A stretch of DNA of 64,000 nt from a virus. The notes under the pieces are model-generated. The model was not told the DNA's origin. It was given only the letters and a program-made list of their open reading frames with translations, and did not search any database. Position 1 is the first letter of the stretch. Each line of letters starts with the position of its first letter. Where the stretch lies: the UHGV virus genome UHGV-1366123, one strand, 5' to 3'. The position numbers and the translations under genes were made by a program. Shown in pieces: positions 45,659-55,270 of this stretch.

Positions 45659-45958
45659 CTAATCCACGTAGATCTCGAACCCATGTTTCTTATAAAAGTC
45701 GAAGTGTCTGGTTTTCCCACATTGGGGGACAATGTTAAACGTTCGCTCAAGATTTCTCTTGTTATCTGGGAAAATCCGATGATAATCGTTATACGTCATC
45801 TTGAAAGCGTATGAGACATCTTCGAAGATGTCTTTAACGTCATCATTGTCTCGGATCTTCTCTGTGAACTCTTCGTACGTGCAAACCTGCCCAAGTGGGT
45901 TCACAACACCACTCTCTGTGAACTTTATATTACCGTGTAAAACAAACTCTTCTTCCAT
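45659..45958 (-). CDS. hypothetical protein
   Basis: ORF only. Confidence 0.45.
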   Translation of the reverse strand: MEEEFVLHGNIKFTESGVVNPLGQVCTYEEFTEKIRDNDDVKDIFEDVSYAFKMTYNDYHRIFPDNKRNLERTFNIVPQCGKTRHFDFYKKHGFEIYVD

Positions 45959-46358
45959 TTCTTGTGCAAATTATCGATGCTCTCATCTTTTTTATATCTT
46001 CTGCCATATCTTCAGCACTTCCGTAGATTCCACTAAGTGAATAAACCCAGATTCCTTCGTCAGTTTTCTTGAAGTCAACATCTGCAGTCCCACAACCTGC
46101 TGAATAATAGTCTTCTATCGTCTTGCAAAGCTTGCGATTCCCCGAGGTCATCGTTTTCCCTGCAGAGAAATAGAACGAACAAATCTCTCGAGCAGATTCA
46201 AGAAGATCAATATTCTCCGCAACGTATACAGATGCGGTCTGCTTCTTGAAACCGATATGTTTAAGTTCATCGATGAATGGTTGGATTGGTTCATCAACAG
46301 TCACTTTCACACAACCATTCTCAACTTCTACCTTTGTTAAAGCTCCAAAAACTTCCAT
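45930..46358 (-). CDS. hypothetical protein
   Basis: ORF only. Confidence 0.45.
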   Translation of the reverse strand: MEVFGALTKVEVENGCVKVTVDEPIQPFIDELKHIGFKKQTASVYVAENIDLLESAREICSFYFSAGKTMTSGNRKLCKTIEDYYSAGCGTADVDFKKTDEGIWVYSLSGIYGSAEDMAEDIKKMRASIICTRNGRRVCFTR

Positions 46359-46378
46359 ATTATAAGAATAATAAAAGT

Positions 46379-47083
46379 ATGATTTACATCTCGATAGACT
46401 TTTCTCTTAATAGCACTGGTGTGACGTTCTACAAAGATGGAGAATATCACTTCATGAGCTATATCAACTTCGATAAATCATCGAAGAAAACCAAGGAAAT
46501 CATAGACAAACTTTCTGAATTGTCTAACTTTTCCTACCATTCTTATTATCGTTCCCCAGTTACGTCTCCAAACCTCAGAGAAGACGGTCTCTATGGTTGG
46601 GAACGTGAACATGTCGAAAACTGCATCTACTATGGAGAAGATCTCTGTCAGAAGATTTCGAGAACTCTTCTCGAGCTTTATGGAGGTTATGAGAAGCAAT
46701 CCGTAGCTTGTATCATAGAAAACTACTCATACTCGTCACAATCTTCCACTCTTATCCAAATGGTGGAAAACACGTTCTCCCTCAAAAGATCACTTATCGA
46801 GCGTGTTTGTAATCTTGAGAACTTTTACATAATCCCTGCACCAAAGGTGAAAGCGTTTGTTGGTAAAGGTTCATTCGACAAATACGACATGCTTAGATCT
46901 TACATTAATAACGGAGCAGTGAATGCCTTCCATAAGTGCATCTCTGAAAATGAAAATCAGTTCATAAAAAAGCGTATAAAGAAAGGGAAGGAATTCAACG
47001 AGGTCTTATGTCCTGTACAGGATATCATCGACTCGTACTGGATGTTAGAATACTTTTTAAAACAAGAAAATATCAATAACTAA
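46379..47083 (+). CDS. RuvC/RNase-H-fold Holliday-junction-resolvase-like protein
   Basis: MIYISIDFSLNSTGV (N-terminal Asp), ACIIENYSYS (Glu), C-terminal VQDIIDSYWM (Asp-Asp) in RuvC/A22-like order; start moved to ATG 46379. Confidence 0.45.
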   Translation: MIYISIDFSLNSTGVTFYKDGEYHFMSYINFDKSSKKTKEIIDKLSELSNFSYHSYYRSPVTSPNLREDGLYGWEREHVENCIYYGEDLCQKISRTLLELYGGYEKQSVACIIENYSYSSQSSTLIQMVENTFSLKRSLIERVCNLENFYIIPAPKVKAFVGKGSFDKYDMLRSYINNGAVNAFHKCISENENQFIKKRIKKGKEFNEVLCPVQDIIDSYWMLEYFLKQENINN

Positions 47084-47090
47084 TTAGTAA

Positions 47091-47597
47091 ATGAGTACTA
47101 CGAAGGTAATCAGCGTCGATGTTGTCGAGATATCGAGCATCATCTCGGAACTTGAGTTCGTACAGAAGATCCCATCAATTCATCTTGCTGTGTTCTCAAA
47201 CAAGAATCTTCAGAAGCTACAAGAGATAATCTCCAACATTCGAAAGGGCTACAATGAAGCGATGCAGAATGTCGAGAAGCACGAAGAATATAGACAGAAA
47301 CTAAGAGAGCTTGGTATCAAGTACGGCATTCTCGATGAAAATGGAGAATCGAAGATGGTCGACGGTAAGCTCGACATTTCCGACGAAGATCTTCAGAAGG
47401 TCGAAGAAGAAACAAAGAAGGTCGATGAAGAATTCTCGGAAACCATAAAGAAGATCAACGAGATTAACAGTGAATATGAGGAAATCATCTCATCAAAGAT
47501 GAACGTTGAGGTAGATGTTGCAAGTATTCAGCATTTCCCCCAAGAGATCACTGGCGAAAGCATTAAGAACATAGTCACGTTTGGTCTTATTGAATAG
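47091..47597 (+). CDS. hypothetical coiled-coil protein
   Basis: ORF; E/K-rich. Confidence 0.45.
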   Translation: MSTTKVISVDVVEISSIISELEFVQKIPSIHLAVFSNKNLQKLQEIISNIRKGYNEAMQNVEKHEEYRQKLRELGIKYGILDENGESKMVDGKLDISDEDLQKVEEETKKVDEEFSETIKKINEINSEYEEIISSKMNVEVDVASIQHFPQEITGESIKNIVTFGLIE

Positions 47598-47624
47598 TCA
47601 TCTTGTCGTTTCGTAAACTGAAGA

Positions 47625-47668
47625 TTTGGGGATGTCTCTGGTATCCGAGACATCCCCAAAGCCTTTTT
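47625..47668 (+). terminator. Terminator (14-bp stem TTTGGGGATGTCTC/GAGACATCCCCAAA plus T-tract)
   Basis: seen in sequence. Confidence 0.7.
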
Positions 47669-47680
47669 AAATAAACGAAA
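47668..47680 (+). promoter_or_regulatory. Putative late promoter variant TAAATAAACGAAA
   Basis: recurring motif 10 nt upstream of ATG 47691. Confidence 0.45.
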
Positions 47681-47690
47681 TTGATAACAA

Positions 47691-48401
47691 ATGGATATTC
47701 AAATACTCAGAACATTAGTCCAAGAGTTTGGTTTGTCGATCGCCATTTCCGTTATATTCGTCACTATTGCTGTTAAATTCATAAAGAATACGATCGATCA
47801 GAATAACAAACTCATGAAAATGATACTCGAAGATCATCGCAAGAAAGATCAGATCGAAGTATCAGAAAAACACAAAGAATCCATAAATCTAAGACTTGAG
47901 ATTAACAAAAGAATATCAAGACTGATTGATGATTTCCGTAGGGATCATGAAGCCGATCGTGTTTATATCTTCGAATATCACAATGGTGAATCAAACTTAA
48001 ACGGTCTTGCTTTCGCAAAAATGTCTGAGACTTATGAAACTTCAAAGCCTGGGTTCACATCTCACAAGACTGCAATGCAGGGTATTCCAACTGGGATGAT
48101 GATCAATCTCAATCAAGAGGTTCTTATCAATGAGCAGGTTTGTGTAAGATCCGTTGCAGATTTCCGTCGTGACAATCAAGACCAATCTCTCTTGAATATC
48201 ACCAAGTATGATACGAAGTCGCTGTATATTAAGCTTATAAAGAACTCTAAAGATTATCCAATCGGCTTTATTGGTGTTGATTTTGTAAAGGAGGAGATGA
48301 GTGAAGAGAGCGAGTTTGATCTTATGGATGAACTTGAAGCACTCTCCTATAAGATCTCATCACTTCTCGAAATTGAAGATTCTAAGAAACTAAACGAATA
48401 A
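47691..48401 (+). CDS. Membrane protein with a single N-terminal TM helix and large C-terminal domain (T-type holin-like topology)
   Basis: FGLSIAISVIFVTIAVKFI hydrophobic segment at residues ~13-31; topology recalls T4 gp t; no sequence match claimed. Confidence 0.35.
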   Translation: MDIQILRTLVQEFGLSIAISVIFVTIAVKFIKNTIDQNNKLMKMILEDHRKKDQIEVSEKHKESINLRLEINKRISRLIDDFRRDHEADRVYIFEYHNGESNLNGLAFAKMSETYETSKPGFTSHKTAMQGIPTGMMINLNQEVLINEQVCVRSVADFRRDNQDQSLLNITKYDTKSLYIKLIKNSKDYPIGFIGVDFVKEEMSEESEFDLMDELEALSYKISSLLEIEDSKKLNE

Positions 48402-48405
48402 ATCA

Positions 48406-48612
48406 ATGAACAACAAGGAAAAGATCGCCTATTACAGAAATCTGGCCATAGCACTTAGAACTATCGGTTTGCAGGTAACGCAGGAAGATGCTGTTCTCAT
48501 TTCGAACATTGTAAAGCTCATAAACGAGAACAAAGATGCGAAGGTCTCAGATCTCTATGATGTGGCGGAACAATCAAAGAAAGAAATAGAAGAAATACAA
48601 AAGATCGGCTGA
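48406..48612 (+). CDS. hypothetical small protein
   Basis: ORF only. Confidence 0.4.
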   Translation: MNNKEKIAYYRNLAIALRTIGLQVTQEDAVLISNIVKLINENKDAKVSDLYDVAEQSKKEIEEIQKIG

Positions 48613-48623
48613 AAAAGATAACC

Positions 48624-48699
48624 GATTGACACTAATATTCATTGGGCGATATCAACCATAAACTTGGAAGATATCGCCCAATGAATATTAGTGTCAATC
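48624..48699. terminator. Bidirectional hairpin with a 30-bp perfect stem (GATTGACACTAATATTCATTGGGCGATATC / GATATCGCCCAATGAATATTAGTGTCAATC)
   Basis: seen in sequence between convergent genes. Confidence 0.75.
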
Positions 48700-48712
48700 G
48701 TCTATCAACGAG

Positions 48713-49447
48713 TTAATCAAAGAAGTCCATAAAGTCACCAGTTCTCTTTTCTTGTAGTTCTTGTAGGACATCCTTTACCAGTTCCTTTCCTTCATTCTTT
48801 ATTGATGCGTGGTCGATCTTATAACCAGCGATCAGTTTCTGATCTGTAAATCCAAAGATCGATGCAATCGATACCTTACATTGACCACAAACGTATCTGA
48901 AGAAAAGTTCGTGTTCAAACATTGCTTCATCGGGGACTTTCACTGAGACATGAGCTACACAACTTGCTTTTGGATCTACACCAATGACAGTGAGCATGTT
49001 TGATATTGATGAATAGTCGTATTGAACGTCACTTATGCAGAACTTTTCGATCTGTTGATAAAAGTAAGATGATGCGATTGCCGTGAGATATGCTTCAGAA
49101 TCGCCATTTATCGCCATTCTTAAGTTATAATTCGTTCCTCTGAAATCTCCTCCCATCAGATAAGAATTCCCCATAAAGCTGTTCTGACGGGTTTGACGGA
49201 ATCTCATCACGGCATGAACATTCTTTGGGAAAGCAATCTGTCTCTTTAATCTGAACAAATCAGTGTTGAATGCGCTTGGTGAAACCACCAAGTACTGATA
49301 TTCATGAGAATCGTCATCGTGATCATAGAAATAGGCGAGTGATTTGTCTATGATCTGGTTGATTCTCGTTATGCTCGGACTTGCTGGGATAACACCACCC
49401 TCTGTGAGTTCGTCTGTTATATGCTTTATAAACGCTTCTCTTGTCAT
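48713..49447 (-). CDS. hypothetical protein
   Basis: start placed at internal Met (MTREAFIKH) because the annotated N-terminal 34 codons overlap the TGACA iteron array. Confidence 0.45.
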   Translation of the reverse strand: MTREAFIKHITDELTEGGVIPASPSITRINQIIDKSLAYFYDHDDDSHEYQYLVVSPSAFNTDLFRLKRQIAFPKNVHAVMRFRQTRQNSFMGNSYLMGGDFRGTNYNLRMAINGDSEAYLTAIASSYFYQQIEKFCISDVQYDYSSISNMLTVIGVDPKASCVAHVSVKVPDEAMFEHELFFRYVCGQCKVSIASIFGFTDQKLIAGYKIDHASIKNEGKELVKDVLQELQEKRTGDFMDFFD

Positions 49448-49477
49448 CGCTTTTTCGTTTATGTACCTTCCGAGAAG

Positions 49478-49641
49478 TATGACAGCGTATATGACACGAG
49501 TGACATGACAGAATATGACAAAGATGACAGAATATGACAACTTTGTCATGACAGTGATGATTTGGCACGATTTTTGTTATAATTATTATGAAAGATCACT
49601 CGGATCAATCAATCAACCCAACATAAACAACAATTCCAATC
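49478..49641 (+). promoter_or_regulatory. Iteron-plus-promoter cassette, copy B (about eight TATGACA/ATGACAG repeats, TTTGTCATGACA palindrome, sigma70-like TTGGCA-N16-TATTAT, conserved leader)
   Basis: about 130 bp at roughly 90% identity to 2687-2830. Confidence 0.6.
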
Positions 49642-50508
49642 ATGGCAACTCAGATCCTCAACCTCAAGCCCTGCTCCGAACTTCTCGTTCATAACTCATG
49701 CACTAAGCGTGGGCAAGTCCACTCAATCTACAACAATGGAGTCAAGTTCCTCGTAGATGAGAACGCAAACCATACCGAAGAAGACGGATACGTTCAGTTC
49801 ATAGCTTGGTCAGACGACTTCATCTCGTTCAAGCCACGTCAGGCAAACGAGATATATAACGGTCATCAATCTGTGATGACAATCAAGCAGATGGAATTCA
49901 TCTGCAACACGCTCAACAAATTTGATGATGAAGGTGTGGAAATCATCGAGATATCGATCAACTTCGACGAAGATCACCGAAAGAATGAAGATGATCTCAT
50001 CTACGCCCCTAACATGAAAACGTTCGTTCGCTATAGTCTTGATGGTGAAGAATACGATTGTAGTTTCATCAGCGCATATGACAACGACGAAGTTGTCCCT
50101 GCGGTTAGTGATGAACAAGAACAAGAAAAAGAAAAGATAGTTCTTATTAACGAGAAGGTGTCTCGTAGTCGTCGTCGCAAGATGCTCAAGACCAACAGCA
50201 TCAAGTATGGTCTTGCGAGCTATGAGTTCGTAGAAGAACTCACGGAATCCAACGAACCATGTCTCCAGTTCCTCACCGAGAATGAGTGGATCGTTTACAA
50301 GGCAATAGTCAGAGCAATGGAACAACAAATGCGTGATGTCATCCGTGCATCTGACGTTGTCCAAGGTGATCACGCTATCGCTGGGACTATTTCCACCCTA
50401 AATATGAAGGGGTTCGTTCGCTGTCGTGTCGGAGGTGATAAGCATGGGAAAGGATTCATCTCTGCAGTGACAACAAAGAACTATAACGATTTTAGTCTTA
50501 ATCGATGA
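49642..50508 (+). CDS. hypothetical protein (downstream of iteron-promoter cassette B)
   Basis: ORF begins right after the conserved leader. Confidence 0.5.
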   Translation: MATQILNLKPCSELLVHNSCTKRGQVHSIYNNGVKFLVDENANHTEEDGYVQFIAWSDDFISFKPRQANEIYNGHQSVMTIKQMEFICNTLNKFDDEGVEIIEISINFDEDHRKNEDDLIYAPNMKTFVRYSLDGEEYDCSFISAYDNDEVVPAVSDEQEQEKEKIVLINEKVSRSRRRKMLKTNSIKYGLASYEFVEELTESNEPCLQFLTENEWIVYKAIVRAMEQQMRDVIRASDVVQGDHAIAGTISTLNMKGFVRCRVGGDKHGKGFISAVTTKNYNDFSLNR

Positions 50509-51185
50509 GGAAATTTTTAGCATCTCTACTTCTCTACATTTTAGAATCTTTAGAAAGGGTTCTGAAGTTCAGAAATGTCTCCAAAGATGAAACTTTGGAG
50601 ACATTTCTCGTATCTTCCAATTTTCGTGTTCTCTCACACGAATGTAAAAATGACAAATCGGGATGCATGAACAGCAGACTTCACCCACATAACACAAGAC
50701 AGCTTCAGAAAGTTCATAGATGCCAAATGGAGCATCTTTATGAACTCTGGTTTGAAGATGGTAGAAAGACCGTGATATCCAAAGATCATCCACTAATCAC
50801 GGAAACTTACGGAATCTTCACTCTTGAGAAGTTTGGGATATCTTCTTGTTTGTCTTTCTTCAGAAGGAAGATTGATGTTTCTCACAGACACATTTACATC
50901 ATAAACTTAGAAGGTGGTGTTTCAAAGCTCATAAGTGTGGAACGTTCCTACTTCCCACATATGACTTATGATGTCTCGGTGTCGTGTGACAGGCTTTACT
51001 TCTCCGATGGACTTCTGAATCACAATTGTGTAACTTCCGACACAAAGGTGGAAGTAAAAATCAAAGATGAAGAAAGCCACGGATCAGTGCCAATCTTTGA
51101 ACTTTTCTATAGGAATAAAAGGACGAAGACATTTCTCGATCGTTTGATATACTTTCTGTTCCGTCAGAAACAGAAATTTAAATAA
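50505..51185 (+). CDS. Hint/intein-domain-containing protein (mini-intein-like blocks B, F and G)
   Basis: GRKTVISKDHPLITETYG (block B T-x-x-H) and MTYDVSVSCDRLYFSDGLLNHN|C (blocks F/G with terminal His-Asn followed by Cys). Confidence 0.45.
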   Translation: MRKFLASLLLYILESLERVLKFRNVSKDETLETFLVSSNFRVLSHECKNDKSGCMNSRLHPHNTRQLQKVHRCQMEHLYELWFEDGRKTVISKDHPLITETYGIFTLEKFGISSCLSFFRRKIDVSHRHIYIINLEGGVSKLISVERSYFPHMTYDVSVSCDRLYFSDGLLNHNCVTSDTKVEVKIKDEESHGSVPIFELFYRNKRTKTFLDRLIYFLFRQKQKFK

Positions 51186-51190
51186 CGAAA
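51179..51190 (+). promoter_or_regulatory. Putative late promoter TAAATAACGAAA
   Basis: 13 nt upstream of ATG 51204. Confidence 0.5.
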
Positions 51191-51203
51191 TATTCTCGAG
51201 AAC

Positions 51204-52652
51204 ATGTCTTATACACCTCTTCTTCCACTTCTGAAAAGGGGAACATTCATAACTTTCAAATCGTCTGGTGAAGATGTAAAGACGATTTCATCTGGGAATG
51301 ATGCGAACGGATTTAAGTTTTCAAAGTTTGCACTTCTCAATCTTCCTCCTATCGTTGCATCTAAAACAAACACCTCTCAGAGAAATACGCTTGATGCACG
51401 AAGAATAGAAGGTTTTTACACCTCGGATTATAGTCAGAAGACGCTCCTTATCCATGACCGTGCAAGGAAGATTCTCTCAGAATCTTTCCAGAACTACATC
51501 CTCAACATGGAAAGCATTCTCCTTGAATCTGACACTTATGACCGTGCCACTCTTCGGAATGCATCAGAGAGAATCTTCTTCAAGTGGCTCAAGGAAACTG
51601 GAGCGATCCGCTTTGAAGAACAGCCCGAAGTGTCACAGTTTAAAGCGGATAAAGACAAACGTTTCATCGAGGAAAAATCTGAGATATACGACAAAGTTGT
51701 TCAATACATCGGTGACATTGACATTTCTGTAAGAGAGAACATCGTCGACGGTGATTCATATTCAGAAGCTTATATCAACATTCCTTCTGATCACGGTTCT
51801 ACCCCAGAAGTGATGTTCAGATCAATATCCGATAAGAACTATAACGAACAGACTGTAGTAAGACATCGTGCGCAATCAGAACTGATAAATGGTAGAAGTT
51901 CGAGAGATATAACTGATATGGGACTTTCTGTGGAAGCGGTTTATGACTGTGACACACAACCAGGTACACTGACCTATTCTCAGCAGTGGATGCAAGAGAA
52001 ATCGACGTTGTATCCAAATGGTTACTATACTGATAAAGAGTTCGGAAATGCCACGAATGTAGAAATCACGAGATCATACGCAGATGGTTCTGATCCAGTC
52101 ACTTTCAAAAGATCATCACTTGATGGTATTTCGATCGACTTCGATATCTCTTCATATAAGCAGATCGAAGAATATAACAAGACACATTCTGATAGAATAT
52201 CCACGCTCGGTGATTTTAATACGAAGTCTGGTGCACGAAGCTTTGATTTCAATTGCATCCTCGTCTACTATGACGTAGAAGATTCTTCTGGGGAAACAGT
52301 GACCAATCTTTATGGTGTTCTGTTCCTTGGTGATGTAGTCCCATATAACACGGAATCTGCTGTTCTCTCGACAGTAAGAAAAATAAGACATGATAACGTC
52401 ACATATCAGCAGGGTAATTCGCTGTCATATAAACTGAACTTTAAGACCGATTTCCACTATGGTGACGCAGTTTCTCATCACTCTGTAAATGACGATTCAT
52501 CGAGAATAATGGCGACAATGATGCAAATCATCGACAGATACAACGCACTCTCGTCCAAGTTTGATGAAGCACTCGTGTTGAACAAGAAGCTCATAGAACA
52601 TATTAAGAAAAACGATAGAAAACTCGAAGATGGAAGAAAAATCAATGATTAG
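51204..52652 (+). CDS. hypothetical late structural protein (482 aa)
   Basis: late promoter upstream. Confidence 0.5.
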   Translation: MSYTPLLPLLKRGTFITFKSSGEDVKTISSGNDANGFKFSKFALLNLPPIVASKTNTSQRNTLDARRIEGFYTSDYSQKTLLIHDRARKILSESFQNYILNMESILLESDTYDRATLRNASERIFFKWLKETGAIRFEEQPEVSQFKADKDKRFIEEKSEIYDKVVQYIGDIDISVRENIVDGDSYSEAYINIPSDHGSTPEVMFRSISDKNYNEQTVVRHRAQSELINGRSSRDITDMGLSVEAVYDCDTQPGTLTYSQQWMQEKSTLYPNGYYTDKEFGNATNVEITRSYADGSDPVTFKRSSLDGISIDFDISSYKQIEEYNKTHSDRISTLGDFNTKSGARSFDFNCILVYYDVEDSSGETVTNLYGVLFLGDVVPYNTESAVLSTVRKIRHDNVTYQQGNSLSYKLNFKTDFHYGDAVSHHSVNDDSSRIMATMMQIIDRYNALSSKFDEALVLNKKLIEHIKKNDRKLEDGRKIND

Positions 52653-53016
52653 TCCAGTACCAGTAGAATATGCCTCGTTCGATGCAAAGATTCTAAATGT
52701 CACCTTGCAAAAGATTTACTCTTGTATTCAAGATATGAACGTGGAGGATGAGTTGACTGTCGACGCATATGAGCTTGAACAACTTGAAAAATCTCATCGA
52801 CTTCTGTGGAATCTGGCGCAGGTCATGTCCCAATTCTCAAATGAGGATAAGGTGAACGAACTTATAAAGGTTTGTGATAACCATATACTCGATCTCGATA
52901 ACATGCTCGAAACCGAACAATCAGTAGACGTTATCGAAACCATCAAGAAGAATAAGAAATCTTGGGAAAGACAGAAATCTCACGTAGAAGCAGTGAAATC
53001 TCTGTTCGAGTACTAA
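52630..53016 (+). CDS. hypothetical protein
   Basis: ORF overlapping the upstream stop. Confidence 0.4.
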   Translation: MEEKSMISPVPVEYASFDAKILNVTLQKIYSCIQDMNVEDELTVDAYELEQLEKSHRLLWNLAQVMSQFSNEDKVNELIKVCDNHILDLDNMLETEQSVDVIETIKKNKKSWERQKSHVEAVKSLFEY

Positions 53017-53052
53017 CATTTCGAAATAAAACACAATCTTTAATCTATGATT

Positions 53053-53097
53053 GATGACCTCAAGAGAACCTCTCTCTTGAGGTCATCGCTTATTTGC
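53053..53097 (+). terminator. Terminator (15-bp stem GATGACCTCAAGAGA/TCTCTTGAGGTCATC)
   Basis: seen in sequence. Confidence 0.65.
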
Positions 53098-53165
53098 CCT
53101 ACTTTCATCCCAAAAGATTGATCAGAGAGCAAGGAAAGTACCTTCCTGTGATAAGGAAAGTATTC
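53095..53165. repeat. MITE-like hairpin element, degenerate or half copy (TCAGAGAGCAAGGAAAGTACCTTCC)
   Basis: seen in sequence. Confidence 0.5.
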
Positions 53166-53215
53166 TTCTGTGATAAGAATCACAGAGGACACTAAAAAGA
53201 TAGATCACAAAACTT

Positions 53216-55177
53216 ATGAACATTGACGACATTCTCTCCCTCGATCTTGATTCTCTCCGAGAATGGTTACGTGAGAGAAACGATGAATATCGATCGGGAT
53301 TTCCCACTGTCTCAGACGATGATTATGACAAGGCGTACAATCATTATTCTCAAGAGACGTGTACAAGACTGTTTGATGGTCGTGTTTCACACGAACGTGT
53401 AGAAAACTCGATCCCAATGTACGGTCTCGAGAAGATAAAGACAATCGAAGAATTCCGTGAATGGGTTATTAAAAATGGGCTTCAGTCTCAGAAGTTCATC
53501 ATCACACCAAAGTATGATGGCGTGTCTTGTGGCGTGACAACAGATGAAAATGGGCAAGTTACTGCACTCGTGAAAGGTCGTGAGAATATGAGCTTCTCGA
53601 TTTCTCACCATTTCTCACTTATAGAACCACTTTTCAAAGATGATGAAGAGATAGTCGGTGAACTTATCATTCCACAGAGCGTATTCTCAGAGAAGTACTC
53701 ATCAGAATACAAGAATGTGAGAAACATGGTCGCAGGAAAGCTCAATCCACGATCAAGGTCTTCGGAGGAGCTTCGAGACTTTGTCTTTATGAAGTACACC
53801 AGTTATGCTGGTTCTTATAAGACAAAGCAGGAGATGATCGACAGGTTGAACACTCTCAACAAGATACCTGTTAGGTACATTCTCGTCGACTACGAAGACA
53901 TAACCGAAGAGTTCCTATCAACAACTTATCAAGAGTTTATCCTTGAGTTTGAAATCGATGGTCTTGTTATTGATGTTAATGACCTCTCTGTTGCAGATTC
54001 TCTTGGTCGCAACTCTATCGGAAATCCAAAGTTCGCCATTGCTTATAAAGGATCATTTGGTGACACAAAGAAGGTGATTATCCGATCTTTGAATTGGTTC
54101 ATCGGGAAAGATGGAACGTTTAACCCCACCATTTCGACCGACAAAGTCCTCATTGATGGTGCTATGTGTGGCAACAACATCTACGTCGACAATGCAAGTT
54201 ATGTCCGTGATAATGGCTTGAGACCTGGACAAGAAATCTTCATCAAGAGATCTGGGAAAGTGATACCAAGAATCCACTCTATTCCCGAGAAAGAAAGATG
54301 GAAGTCTTACGGAGAAATGGTGGAAAACAGTCACCTCTTCCGAGAATGTCCCCATTGTTCAAGTCCGATTGTCCTTGATGATTCTCTCGTGGATGTTTAT
54401 TGTCCAAATGAGAAATGCTCTGGGAGAAATCTCCAAGAGTTCATCTTCTTCTTCAAAGTGTTCGGTGTTGAAGGGATGTCAGATGTGACATATGAGAAGA
54501 TCTTCGACAAGAATTCTTTATACACTGACGAAATAGTAAGAGTCATCAGAGATCGTGCGAGTGTGTTCTCAGAGTTTGGAGACAAGCGTTCTTCCAACAT
54601 TGTCCGTTCGCTTGAAAAGTGTATATCCGACATCACCATTTCTCGTCTTATGCACGCATCAAACATGTTCCAAAGTCTTGGATCAGTCAAACTTCAATGG
54701 ATCGTCGATGAGTATTCTCTCACGTGGGAAAACTTAGAAGATTTCTACCCCTCATCCACAGACATTCTCAAAATCAACGGATTCGGGGATATCCAAGCAG
54801 GTATCTTTGTGGAAAACTATAAGAAGTTTATCGATTTCTATAAGTCCTTGTCCTCGGTACTCACTTTCAAGACAAAGGTAGAAACCACAGAATCCGACAT
54901 TTATCAAGGGAGAGTTTTCTGTTTCACTGGTTTCAGAAACAAGGCGATGGAAGACACTATTGTTAAAAATGGTGGGAAAGTGTCTGCAACATACACGAAG
55001 GTAGTTACTGATCTTGTCATTAAGGAGAAGGGAAGTGGATCATCGAAGGAACAAAAGGCGATGAGTGCAGGGATTAGGATTTATAGCGAATCAGAGTTTA
55101 GAGAACTGTTGGGAATGGAGACGATCATTGAGGAACAGCAAAAGTCGTTGATAGATCCTTCAAAAGCACTCTTCTAA
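53216..55177 (+). CDS. ligA: NAD-dependent DNA ligase (LigA family)
   Basis: Adenylation motif KYDGVSCG (KxDG), Zn-finger CPHCSSPIVLD...CPNEKC, C-terminal BRCT-like GRVFCFTGF...; 653 aa. Confidence 0.75.
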   Translation: MNIDDILSLDLDSLREWLRERNDEYRSGFPTVSDDDYDKAYNHYSQETCTRLFDGRVSHERVENSIPMYGLEKIKTIEEFREWVIKNGLQSQKFIITPKYDGVSCGVTTDENGQVTALVKGRENMSFSISHHFSLIEPLFKDDEEIVGELIIPQSVFSEKYSSEYKNVRNMVAGKLNPRSRSSEELRDFVFMKYTSYAGSYKTKQEMIDRLNTLNKIPVRYILVDYEDITEEFLSTTYQEFILEFEIDGLVIDVNDLSVADSLGRNSIGNPKFAIAYKGSFGDTKKVIIRSLNWFIGKDGTFNPTISTDKVLIDGAMCGNNIYVDNASYVRDNGLRPGQEIFIKRSGKVIPRIHSIPEKERWKSYGEMVENSHLFRECPHCSSPIVLDDSLVDVYCPNEKCSGRNLQEFIFFFKVFGVEGMSDVTYEKIFDKNSLYTDEIVRVIRDRASVFSEFGDKRSSNIVRSLEKCISDITISRLMHASNMFQSLGSVKLQWIVDEYSLTWENLEDFYPSSTDILKINGFGDIQAGIFVENYKKFIDFYKSLSSVLTFKTKVETTESDIYQGRVFCFTGFRNKAMEDTIVKNGGKVSATYTKVVTDLVIKEKGSGSSKEQKAMSAGIRIYSESEFRELLGMETIIEEQQKSLIDPSKALF

Positions 55178-55246
55178 TCATCCTCCCCAGAACATTAATG
55201 AGAGAGCCGACAGATCTTTTTCTATCGGCTCTCTCGACATATTTGT

Positions 55247-55258
55247 AAATAACGAAAC
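55247..55258 (+). promoter_or_regulatory. Putative late promoter TAAATAACGAAA
   Basis: 13 nt upstream of ATG 55271. Confidence 0.5.
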
Positions 55259-55270
55259 TTTGTCCGAAAT

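Noticed and set aside
49447-49549. N-terminal 34 codons of the minus-strand 278-aa ORF
   Set aside because: They are encoded entirely by the TATGACA iteron array (read as GTCAT repeats), which is conserved as non-coding DNA in cassette copy A. The internal Met start was preferred.
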